In this document: positions 28,253 to 40,800 of the stretch, one piece after another | How the letters are laid out: each line of letters starts with the position of its first letter | Position numbering within the stretch: position 1 is the stretch's first letter | Source: Paramecium tetraurelia | Taxonomy: Eukaryota | Assembly (NCBI GenBank): GCA_000165425.1 | Contig: CT868082.1 | Location: 1 to 47,800 of the forward strand | DNA length: 47,800 nt | Reading direction: 5' to 3' | The notes under the pieces: model-generated | Told to the model about the DNA's origin: nothing | The model's database searches: none | What the model saw: the letters and a program-made list of their open reading frames with translations, nothing else | Position numbers and translations under genes: made by a program

Positions 28253-28508
28253 TTATTATTAATATTAATAAACGAGAAATTAATTAATCTCATCAAGTTC
28301 ATTCTTCACACATCAATTTAATCCTCCTCAATCTTTCAAAACCGTTATTATCAAATATTCCGTTTACTCTTCCATCTCCCCCCACCATCATCATGTACCT
28401 CTCAATAGACCTCCATCAACCACAAAATCCTTTTCAGCAAATTATAAAATTATTAAATAAACTAAAAATTAATAAATGAAAGTGTTTTTTATGATATTTA
28501 TTTCCAAA

Positions 28509-30963
28509 TCATTGAAAATCGTATTGTTTATTAGAAATTATCTATTAAAATATCTCAAATTATATTCCACTATTGTTATTGAATACAGGCCTCAAGTATT
28601 GTTTAGAAACAACCTGCACTCTCTACTATCCATCCAATTTAATAGTCTTCTCTTTTGCCCACTTAAAATCAAAAATCAGATTCGTTGAATGATCCTGCTC
28701 ATTCTACAATGACAACTACTGCTATTGTTTGATTTCCTTCTCAATGTTCTACTTCAATTACTGCCTTGCCTTCTTTACTTGCTCATTGTTCTAACCTCTC
28801 TGTTGATTCCTTGCTCCTGAATGATTACACTTCTTATCGTCTTCTTGATAGTTCCTCTCCTGCAACATAGTAATCAGGTGAAATCCCGTTATTTTGTGAC
28901 ACAATTGTTGTTTATTGTTGATAACAATCACGTTCTCCTTCTAATTAAGATTGTAGAAGATTTCCAGATATTGCGAGAATTGCATCTCATTGATTTGAGA
29001 TGAAATGGGAAACCAAAATTGAATGTTCTTTTGGTATATTCTTTTTTCGATTTTCTTTTTGTTCAGCAACTATTCGAAATTATCATTATCAAATTCCGAT
29101 TTGCTCAGGATAATCAATTTGATATCTAATTACAAGGGGAGAGATATGATCTAATCCAATTAACTAATCCTTTGAGGATCCTAGTAATCCATTAAAAAGA
29201 TGATCAAATATTGATTCTTAATAATAAAGATAATTGCATACCTCCTACGAAACCACTATTTTATCCAGTTTCTCTTGATACTGCGAAGTTTCATCCACTG
29301 AAGTTGAATTAATAAATGAAATCTGGTACACATCACAAATAGGCGAGTACTCCTCATTTAAATTCCACTTATCAAGCATTATTTGACTTGTGATTTTATT
29401 CACTATTTCTTAATCAGATCTTCGAGTCAAACACTTCAGCAGTTATTTGGCCTAAAAGTAAATCTACTGCTTTTTGGGTTGAGCAAGATTGGCGATCCTG
29501 AAATTATCATAAAACTTGATCATCTTCCATTTATACTTGTAATTCTGATAGTTCTGATTTTGAATGTTGAATTGACTATTGATGATCTCATCTCCCAGAC
29601 TCCATTGAATGTGCAAGATGGAATTGATAATTATTTACACTTAATTCACATATTGATCCTTGAATATTTATTGCAAAATCTAATAGATTCGTTCTTTATC
29701 TGGCAATTGGAATTTGGAGGATTGCTTAACAATCAATGTGTCATAAGAGGCTTTCCTGATGATGGTCAATATTTCTTGGGTCTTGCTCTCGATTTCATTG
29801 GCATTTTGCAGTTTCAATTGGGAAGGCATATAGATTTTCTATTGCAATTTCAAATCTTTATAAATCTTCTGGGTTGACAATTTCAATTTGAAATATTGAG
29901 AGAATTAAGAAGACTTCAATTAAAGTGCTTAAATAAGTTCTTTGATCATGATCTGCTTAATTGACTTGTAGATTTATTAATCAATATGTTTTTTATCCTG
30001 CAGAGACTTCTGAGTATGAAATTGGAGGCCTTTAGTATTAAATTCATTGATTTCTGTTATTTTGTAATTCTGAATGGTAATTATGGATGTGTTGGTGGAT
30101 ATGTGAGTTTGGGTTGAATCCAAAAAATTGAAAATGAGGGTTCCATCATCCCAAAACTACTCTTGATCCTCTTGATTTAAGAATTGAGTAAGTATTCTGG
30201 AATGAGAATCCGAATTCTAGTTTTTCTTTTATTTTTTGATGACTTTGGTGTAAAGATTTATAATTGTATTGTATCGATCCTCTTTGTCGTCGACTCCAAT
30301 TATTACTGAATAACTAGGTATTATAGATATGATACTTTTGAAATGAATTGGTCTCAATAAACAAATTAATATGTTGGTTATCATTGTTGTCATCTTAACG
30401 AAAGACGAGCAAAAAGGGTTGATTAAGATCTTTAATGAATTGCAAAAGTGCATAACCGATATCAATCTGGTTGATGACAACTATTATGATGGTGGGATCT
30501 ATTTGGATCTTGGAGATCTGATTATTGTAAAATCTTAGATTCAATTATTTGGGGAACAGATCACCTACTCTAAGCAGAGCTTGATATTTGAGACCCACTT
30601 TGTTTACTAGAGTATTTAATTTGTAATCTTGGAATCTAATTAGGAATTCCGATGTTTTTATGTAGATTTCTCTTAGCTGATTCGTGAGGACTGGGATCAA
30701 GTAGATGTTGTTATTAAAGGGGGAGTGGATGTCCTATTAGATGGAGGTTTGTAATTCTTTTAAATAGGGTCTGCAGGGGGAGAGATAATGATGAATTGAT
30801 ACATGAATTTGATTTCAATTGTTTTTGAAATGACGATTTAACTTTCTTGGAATCCGAGGAGTGTCAATTGTTCAATTAGGAATGCTTCAAAATTGGATTT
30901 GTTGGATTGATGGAATGGTTCAATGGGTCCTGATATGTATCCAGAAGCATTCATACATCCCAT
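28509..30963 (-). CDS. hypothetical protein with MGC N-terminus (possible myristoylation/palmitoylation)
   Basis: Starts MGCMNASGY; long TGA-free frame in the segments read; ends SNKQYDFQ-TGA. Internal introns not fully resolved. Confidence 0.7.
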
Positions 30964-31032
30964 TAGTATTATATATTATAAATTATAAATTAATACTTAT
31001 GTGACTTAATTTAAATATTATCTTTAAAAAAA

Positions 31033-31857
31033 ATGAGTGGAAGCATGTATGATTTATCAGTAGCCACATATTCCCAAGAGGGACGTATCTATTAGGTGGA
31101 ATATGCAACAAAAGCAGTTGAAAATTCAGAGTACAATTTGAATACATCTATTTAGGACTGTGATCGGAGTCAAGTGTAAAGATGGAGTCATTTTGGCAGG
31201 AGAGAAGTAAAAGTTTTCCAGATTGTTGGAAGACAACACAAACAAGAGAATCTATAATATCGACACTTAAACTGGAATGGCTATATGTGGTAAATTGCCA
31301 GATGGAAGAAACATCTTATAAAGAGCAAAAGCAGAGTCATCTCAATATTAAGACATGTATGCAATTCCAGCATCTGCCAATGTGTTGTCAGATAGAGTGG
31401 CACAATATGTCCATGCCTACACAATGTATTCTGGAGCGAGACCCTTCGGATCTGCAAGTATCAACACTTCTCTAATGTTCAGCATTCATTGCCAGTTACA
31501 ACACTTTCGATGGTTATGAGTTATTCATGATTGAACCCTCAGGAAACAAATATGCCTATCATGCCTGCACTCATGGAAAAGGTAGAGCCGTTTGCAAGTC
31601 TGAGTTTGAAAGAAGAAGTTTCAAAGACCTTACTTGCTAAGAAGCCTTGGTCTACATTGCTAAGATGTAATGCATATTGTTTAAATTTCAGGTTGATACT
31701 AGCACATGAAGAATTCAAAGAGAAGAAATACGAATACGAAATGACTTGGATCACTGATAACAATGGACGTAAACATCAAAGTGTCCCTCAAGATTTGATT
31801 AATAACGCTGTATAATAAGCTGAATAATTAATTGAACAAGATTAAATGGGAGAATGA
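31033..31857 (+). CDS. PSMA3: 20S proteasome subunit alpha-7 (PSMA3/PRE10 type)
   Basis: [60 protein letters not shown]; three tiny introns (e.g. 31131-31155). Confidence 0.95.
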
Positions 31858-32265
31858 TCATATATCTACATAAAGACAACCATAAATTAGTATTCACAGT
31901 TTAGACTATTCGACTTGGTATGATGGACAAAATCTAATTCATCAAATCTAGTTCATTAATTCTCATCTATTTAGGGTATTATTATATTTCCATTAAAGAA
32001 TTTGGAATATTTCAATATTAAATCACATCTTGAATTTCTCTTTTTTATAGAATATTATTATAGATCTTCTTGAGGGTATAATGTTAAGAAATAATGCATT
32101 TATAACCCTATAAGCTTCTTAATATTGAAACTATATAATACTGATTACGGTAGTCAAATCTAGAAACAATTTATCGATAAAAGTTTAACATTATTTAATA
32201 GATAAATTAGATTAGAACAAATATAGTTTTGTATTTTAAAAAATGAAGCAAATATATTATTTAAT

Positions 32266-33099
32266 ATGAAATTTTCATTCTTGAAACATAATTTAGCCGA
32301 CCTCATTAATAAGGCAGAACAACTAGATTCACCTAGCTCAATTATAAAGAAATTCGGTCCTTACCTTATGACTAGTTTATTTAATCAAAAATTATAAGAG
32401 AGTCAGGAAGTCATTAATTACATGGAGAAGAATATTGATAAAAGCACATTCATTCGAAACTTTACACATGATCCTCATGCTAAGAATTGGAGAACTAATT
32501 ATAGAAAATCAATAGAAAGTTTAGCTTGCTCAATAATAGTTGATAATCAAAATATCATTGATAAGCATTACACAAATATATTAAAGGAAGAATAAATTAC
32601 TTTAGCAGAAACACTGCCATTATCGTATACTTTGGTTATTCAAAAGTTAAAAAAGTGGAATATCACAAATGAATAAGAAGTCTTGCAAAAATTAAACAAG
32701 TTACTCGCTACATAAAAATAGGAACACTAAAAGATGAACATAAATCTTCTATATCAAAAACATTTTCTATCTGATCTTGCATTGCATTACCCAGAATTGT
32801 AGGCATATTCATAAGGTAAGATCTTATGTACAGAGCTGCCCTTAGATTATTTTATAGGATAATTGAAAATAGAGCATACTGATTTCTTTATAGAGAATAA
32901 CTCTTTGATTGATTTAAAGATAGGAGATTCAGTTTATGTATTTATGTACCCAGATGAATTTGAAAATTAAACTATTAAAGCTTTTTTGTTAAAATATGTG
33001 AGAATCAAGAGGCTGTAAGAATTCCATTCTAATCTTCATGTTGTTTGGTGTTATAAAGGAATGAAAAAAGAAGAGTTATTTGATGCAATTTGTATCTGA
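32266..33099 (+). CDS. hypothetical protein (277 aa; start uncertain)
   Basis: 834-nt TGA-free frame MKFSFLKHNLADLINKAEQL...KEELFDAICI-TGA. Confidence 0.65.
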
Positions 33100-33567
33100 G
33101 AGTTGTTTTTTATAATATATATTAATAATCAAGAAAATAAAATATGTAAATTTATGAATGAGCCTATATTCTTCAATCAAGTGTAATCTAAAAATAATCA
33201 AATTTATATCTACAAGTGAACTTATTTAAATAATTATAAATTTCTATATCTAATATTATGAAGGTGGAAATATAATTTATAATTGATTATTTTATACCAA
33301 TTTTAAAGGCAGAATGATTAAAATGTGATTGTTGTTTCACTATCATATATAAACAAAAGAAAACTGAAGTTAAGTTAAATTTCATGAGTACTGAATGTAA
33401 TAACATAGTTTTATTTATAAAGAAACTTATAACTATGAAAGTTATTATAATGAAAAATGATTAAGAATAATCTTAATTTTTAAAGGGAAGCATTTGCTAA
33501 ACAAAAATATGAGGAAATTGCAGAAATTACTATTATTTTATAATTGTTTCAAATAGTATTGATTTTA

Positions 33568-34456
33568 TCATCGTTTATGAATTTAAGCTGACATCATTCC
33601 AGTGGTTGTTTAATACATCTAAAGTTAATCCTTCTATACTTACATTTTAATATTATTTTTAGTCTGTTGCCCAAGGTGGCTATGCCTTGCCTTTTTAATA
33701 TGATTAATATTGTTATTTCGAATCCAAAGACATTTGTTGCATCATCTAATCCAATTAATCCATCTTCTAAGGGGTTTATTATGGTTAGACTCTTTATTGT
33801 TGTACTTACTAGTTAACTAATTAAGGGTTTTATGATTATTAATGATTTTGTTGCGCAAATTATTATTGAGAAACATTAGTCGGTCTGTTATCGAAAAAGT
33901 ATTGTGAATAGACCACGTAATTATTATTTTGAGGTATATAATTTTATAAATTGTAGTACTTCTTTAGGAATCCCAACAATTTTGGAGATGGTCGATCATA
34001 ACCTAATTTTTCTGGTCTCAAAGTTTCTTATCTGAGCATTTCTTCAAAGAGCTCTTTGCCAATGCCTTTTCTTTGAACTGATTCATGTACGTAAAAGTCT
34101 AGGACGCACATTGGTTAGATTTCTTTAATTACTCCATTTAAATCTCTATGAAATAAGTTTTTTCTTCCTATTTTTAGAATTCCCAAACAAAGCTGACAAA
34201 TATTTCATAGAATTACTTTTCCTTCTGATTTGATATACATCTTTTGATCCGTCTAAAAGAATCTGATTGGACTTGTAATAACTTATTTCAAATTTTAGGC
34301 CTAATTTAAATAGATGTTGATTACCAATGCAGAAGCCTCGCCCATGACAGTAATAACATCATCCAACTGAGGATTGCGTTTCTAGTTTCCATTCACTATT
34401 GTCATCCCATTCTCATTGACTGCCATGCATTTAGATAAGTAAAAGTTGAATTACAT
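33568..34456 (-). CDS. ATAT1: alpha-tubulin N-acetyltransferase (MEC-17 family)
   Basis: MQFNF..., LGILKIGRKNLF, CVLDFYVHESVQRKGIGKELF, YDRPSPKLLGFLKKYY, PQNNNYVVY, then a Gln-rich tail. Confidence 0.95.
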
Positions 34457-34479
34457 TGTGTTAATATTATAAATTAATA

Positions 34480-35101
34480 TCAATCATGCGTGCTATTGTT
34501 GTACTCTCTCATATTATTCACTTGCTCGGTCTAACTAATAGAGTTTCCTTCTCAGCATAACACATTGATGTTGCAACTCCTCCCTTTCTCGTAAAATCGC
34601 CAAAATCAAATTGGTAGGTATCCTCAACAATTAAGCTTCGTTGCTTTCTACCAAAATGTTGAAGCACTCTTCATATGAACTTATCATTTATACTATCGTC
34701 GAATGATGATAATGTTCAAAGATTCTCTGGTAATCAGTCGATTTCCTCATCTAACTATCCTACTTTCTGTAAGAATAACTAAAGTCAAATTAATTTTGAA
34801 CTAATTTTTGAGTACTATCAGCTTGATTTTCTACCTAAGTGCCCTTAGTCAAAGTGGTGTGCTTATAAGAACTCGATTTTTAATGCTCAGACTTTTTGAT
34901 AGGTGTTTCCTAATTAAGCTTACGAAGAGGCAATATCTGAGGTTCGATATGCATTGCGATGGGCTTTGACAATTACCTAATGTTTTAGATAGATTGTTGC
35001 AATTTAGACTAGAAGATTGATGATTTGATTTAAGATTGAACTTCTAAGTTGTTTAAGATCATAATTTCTGATTGATCTCTTTCTTTAACTAAACTATTCA
35101 T
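34480..35101 (-). CDS. hypothetical protein
   Basis: MNSLVKERDQSEIMIL..., one 23-nt GT-AG intron restores the frame; ends HNSTHD-TGA. Confidence 0.7.
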
Positions 35102-35742
35102 AAGTTGTAAGTAGTAATTTATTATATAATTTTATAACTAAAATTAATCAGATATATATGTTTATATAATGATGAAAAAAATTTAAATTTTTCAGTGTGG
35201 ATGTACTAATTTGAGTAAGCCATGCATAATTTAATTTGTTATTTTTGTGATGATAATCATCTTGATCTAAGCATAGCAAATCAATAAGAGTTGTCTGCTA
35301 TTGAATAAGTTCATATATAAGAATGGCCAAGGTGAAATTTTAAACTACATAAATGCACTCATTTTTATGATATAACTTGTAAGCATTAAATGAATATATG
35401 TAAAAGATTATTATAGGTTTAATTTGGTTATAGAATTTAACATCTTGCTTTCATTCTATCATTTCGAATGCATTTTTATCTATACAGAAATTGGCTCTAT
35501 TTTATTCATGTTTATTTGTCATTTTTTTAACACAATTTCTTACTTAGTAACTAAGTCATTACTTGAATACTGTAAATTCATATCCAGAATTACAAATCTT
35601 CTAGTATTCAAAGCATTCAGTATAGATTTGAATGATATTTATTGAGTTTGTTTGAGTAAACTTCTGAAAATACTTATTTTATAATATAATTATGATTCTT
35701 AAAGTAATAAATAATAGAATCAGTAATAATAATTAAATTTAT

Positions 35743-36339
35743 ATGAGTGCAATTAGATTAATACGACCATCATTTGGATCCTCTTAAGAGATTTAGATTA
35801 ACCCTTCTTGTTCTTTCACTCTAAAGTAGACTAAATCCCAAACTTTCATTCAAATGAAAATCAAAAGTACACCTTCCGGTAGTAAAAATTCATCATTGGC
35901 CAAATTAAACTCTCCTTATTAGCCTCATCAAAAAAGTTAATTTTCTACTAAAACTCATTATGATTCATAGGACATCCATTTTACACTAAAAGGATGCATG
36001 AGAATCTTTAAAGAGATTCAAAAGAGTTCTTTAAATAGTTAAAGTGAATTTGTCTTACTTGATGTAAAGGATAGGATGCATAACATTGAAAATATAATTG
36101 AAGAAATGCTAAATCATCAAAATAACAAAAATAATAATTAAAATAAGATCTCTTAATTTATGATGTTAATTATTGAAGAAAAAAAGTAAAAGTAATAAGC
36201 AATTCAATCAGGAGAAAACTTAATTAAATAGCAAGCAAATTAAATCTAATAGTTGGTATAATATTAATTAAATAATTTTAGAAGAATAGAATTTCTATTT
36301 ATTCATGATTTTATTATTGTTTAATAATATTTATTATGA
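35743..36339 (+). CDS. hypothetical protein with C-terminal coiled coil (3' end uncertain)
   Basis: MSAIRLIRPSFGSSQ..., TGA-free frame with a tiny intron at ~36256-36281. Confidence 0.6.
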
Positions 36340-37847
36340 AATTACTTAATCTGTTACTAATTACTATTATTTTAACTATTTTAATGAGCTTCATCATCTT
36401 TATTATTCTTATCTTAAATGTTAATTGTACTTTATCTCAATATAATAAAATTTGTAAATTATTTTTATATTTAAAGATGACAATATAGATATGATAGAAT
36501 ATTCTTATAATCATTAAAAATGATTATAAGAATAATTTCTCAAAGAATAAAATCTCGAATTAAATGTTAAAAAACTTAATTTTTCAAATTCTAGATTAAT
36601 TTAAATTATTATTTATCAAATTCTATTAAAAATTATGGAATAAAATAACAAGCTTGAGGTTATAGCCTCACTTATTCTAGAAAACTAAACACATAATGTT
36701 AATAGCTAATATTTACTTTGATAATTCCTATCGTTACGCAAAATTTTGCACTTAAGTAATCGTGATGAAATGATGGCTCATCCAATTACAAATTATTTCT
36801 ATATTTATACTTCAATCAAATGAGAAAGGATAGATGCAACATATGGCCTCAACTCCTTGAAAAATTAATTTTATGGAAATTTTGCTTTAGCAGAATGTTC
36901 ATTTTTAACACAAGAAGGAAGGAATTGAGAAATAATCTTCTTCACAGAGTGAAAACGTTATCTGAAAAACTGATATTCTTAAATATTTGATCACAAGTTT
37001 AGAATAATAAAGGGAAAAGGCAAGTGAGGAATACTATTAGAGAAAAGTACTTAAAATTGACAGAATTTATTTTGATACCATCCACTATTCTAAAATTACA
37101 ATTCTACACAATTTATATTCAGGTAAGTTTAAAAATAGAAGGGAATTTAAGTTACTGTAACAAAAGAGGTTTTTTAAGACTTTAATTTTTCACAATTGAT
37201 ATATCAGATGATAAAAAAGATATATAAGAAGTTTTAATTAATTTTAATGTAATGATTAATATAGAGCTACTATAATTTATTTAAAACTAGAACTTTGGAG
37301 CAGCAAATCATAGTATATTTAAAAAAAGGGAAATTCTATTACAAATTTATCTTTAATTATATGATAAATTGTAGTTTGTATAATAGAATGATCATGAGAT
37401 AATTAATAAACATAGATTCTAAAATCTGTTCAATCCAAAATTCTTATGTTTTCATTTCATTTAAGAAAAGTTAATAAATCGAGATTTCATAATCATTTTT
37501 CAGCATAGATAGAACAAGTTAAAAGGGGTTTTTACATATGATTTAAGTTAATAATTTAGAAGCTCAATCCATTCCCTATATTTATAGTTTTTAAATTATT
37601 GTTATAAATTTCAATATATGAAATTAATAATAATAAATATTTAAAATATTAACTTTAAGGAACATTCTAAATGTTCTAGATAGACAAATTAGTATATCAG
37701 TTCTCATAGAATTAATTACTGATTTGATATTATATATGAACCACAATGTAATTAAAGGATATGATGTAGAAATATTTTATAAGTTAGGATTTTGAATTTA
37801 TAAATTTAATCTTTCTTAAAAAATGTTTATTATTAATTTATTTAGAA

Positions 37848-40800
37848 ATGATTGCATTATTTTAGGTTTTGGATGGTTCACATGTATCCCTATCTGGTTC
37901 TAAGCTTAATATTCTATCAAAAGATAAATCAAATTCCACTATCTTAATATTTGATTCTGATCTCCTTTTGTTTCGGGAGTACTTGATAACAAATAGGAAG
38001 ATTTAGACTGCATTCTGTGATCCAAACATACAGATTCTGCTTTTATTTGAAGAATAGGAATAAGAATAATTGACTTAGCTTTATTCAGCCAATTTAGAAA
38101 AATCTTTTACACCAATATCAAAAATATTGATTCCAGCTACTAAACTAAGAACTATAGATTGGTGTAATTGTAGAATTTGTGCATTAATTTTCGAAAATTG
38201 TGTTGTCTTATATGATATTTTGTTAAACAAAATTTTAACAAAAATTACATCAAATTATAATACTATATCTAGATTTTTAATTTCTAAAAAGCTTACTTAA
38301 ATATTTTGTTAATATTAAGATAGAGAGAATAAATCGATATGTTTGGTATTAACAATTGAGAATTAGAATGAAGTATAGAAGTTTGAGAATTGTGCTTTCT
38401 TTAAATTAATCGAAGAAAAAGATGATAATAATTTGTTGATGGTCCAATATCAATCTAATAAAATGGTAATAATGTTGGCAAAATTTGATGAAGAATTTAG
38501 AATTGAGAGAAAAATTGAGTAATAGCTTTCTAATCCTGATTAAAAAATTATGAAAGTTGGATATAGAAAATAAACGCAAGAATTGCTTTTACTTGATTCA
38601 AACTAAAATTTGCATATTTATTCAATTAATTCAGATTTCTAGATAAATTTGAAAGCCCAAACTATTCCAAATATCATTTAATTTAATGTTTCTCTACTAA
38701 AAGAAAACTTAATACTCATTGACAATAAAAAAAATATAATTCTATAAAAATTGCCATCAGAGACACAAATAGAGCGTTTAACTTATTAAACATAAACTTT
38801 ATCCTTAGCATCTCAGTTTAAAAAGAGAGCTATTTAGGGTATTTTAACAGATCCGAATATTTCTTAATAAACTAAACTATTTGTTCAGTAATATCGTACA
38901 GATTTTGATAACTTGAGCCCAAAATTTAAAAGTATACTAAATCTAAAATTTAAATCTCAGTTCTTACCTCTAGTTGATTTTAGAATTCTAAATCTTGATT
39001 AAAATCATAATTCAAAATTTAAAGAATTTATTCCAAAGATGGATACTTATGCTGAAACTCAAAGTGTGAAGAAGCATTTGATTTAATTAGAGGCTGCTCT
39101 CAAAGGAGATAATCCAATCTTATGTGAAGGTGGTGCTGCTTGTGGTAAGACTTCAATAATCTAATATTTGGCTTATAAAAATCAATAGCCACTAATAATC
39201 ATGAATCTTAGTTCTTTTACTTAAATTTCTGATTTAATTGGCAAAGTTGAAATTTTACCAGGATTTAAATTTGAATTTTAACTTGGTCCTTTTGCTCAAG
39301 CTGTATAAGAGGGTTTGTGGATACTTTTGGATGAAGCTAATTTGGCAAGTGATTCAATACTGAGGGTTATTGAAGATGTTCTTGAACTTGGATACATCAC
39401 TATCTATGGCAGTTAAATTAATTCTCATGTCGATTTAGTTGATGGAACCTTAACAATAAAGAAACATTAAAATTTCAAACTATTTTTAACTCAAAATCCA
39501 GCAACAGATTAAAAGTTTGCTTCTTCTAGAAATATTTTTTCTCCATCTTTGATGAGTTAATTTATTACCATTAAATTTGAGCCAATTAGCCCAAATGACC
39601 TACATTTGATTATTGACTAAATCATATCCTAGAAACAGTAAGAAATAAAAGAACAACTAAAACAACATATACCTAACTAATAATTATCTTCATTGCTAAT
39701 GATAATTTATGAGGAAATTAAATAGAAAAATATGGATGATGGTCTGTTCACCATAAGAGATATTGTTTAAATTATTGATCTTTTCTTTTTATGCCTAGAA
39801 TAAATGAAGGAGAAAGTTTTAGAAATATTAAGTTTTAAGGATTGTATGAAATTAATCTCAACATAGTTCATCTCATTATATAAAAATCGTGAACTAATTA
39901 ATTATTAAATTGACTAAAATAAAGTTCTCTCTAACGCAAATAAGTTATTCTTCTCAACTAAAAATTAGAGAGAGTCTGAAATATAAAATTGGAACAGTAA
40001 TTAGCCACTTAAATTTCTCTCATTCCATAAATATTTATTTCAAATGTTGACATTGTGTTATAAAACGAAAAGAGCGGCTCTAATTGTGGGACAATAATAT
40101 TGTGGAAAATTATCAAGTGTTCTCCTTTGGCTTAAATTGTTGAATATTTCAAAATATGAAGTATTAGAACTATCATCAAATACCACTGCAGAAGATTTAT
40201 TTGGTAAGTATCAACCAACTTAGAATGGTTTTGATTTCATCTTAGGACCAGTAACCAGATGTTTCCATCAAGGAAAAATTTTAATTCTTACTAATTTTGA
40301 TGCCCCCGATTGTGCCTTGACAGAATCACTAAATGGTGTATTAGAAAAGAATTTTAACTAACTGGTAGTATAAAATCAAAAATACTAAAGACATGAAAAT
40401 TTTGCTATAATTGCATTATCATCTGATTTGGAGCAATTAGAAAAAAAAATTACCCCATCTTTGAAAAGCAGATTCGTAAGTTTGTAAATAAAATTTAGAT
40501 TGAATTTGAATGATATCACTTTATTGTTATAATCAATAGGACTAACAAAAAGAAATTTTTAATTTCCTAAAATTATTGATTAGCTGATGACATTAGGTAA
40601 TAGCAAGGATACCTCAAATTTGGGAAAAAAGATTGAACTGATCTCATTTAATAAGATAATTAGATTTTTAAAACCTATTTAAGAGATATAAAAGTTTGCT
40701 AAATCTTAAAATAATTAAGTTTTATAACAAAAAATTTTTGAGTGTATTGATTTCTTCTTAGCCTTTTGTTTGCAAGATAATAAATCCATTTTGAATGATA

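Noticed and set aside
18722..31763. Hydrophobic or Ile/Leu-rich track ORFs (e.g. 18722+, 20671+, 26634+, 29383+, 31539-)
   Set aside because: Antisense or off-frame shadows of Gln-rich ciliate-code genes.
36635..37560. Coding-like stretch upstream of the giant AAA gene
   Set aside because: Multiple TGA codons and no identifiable domain; at best a remnant.
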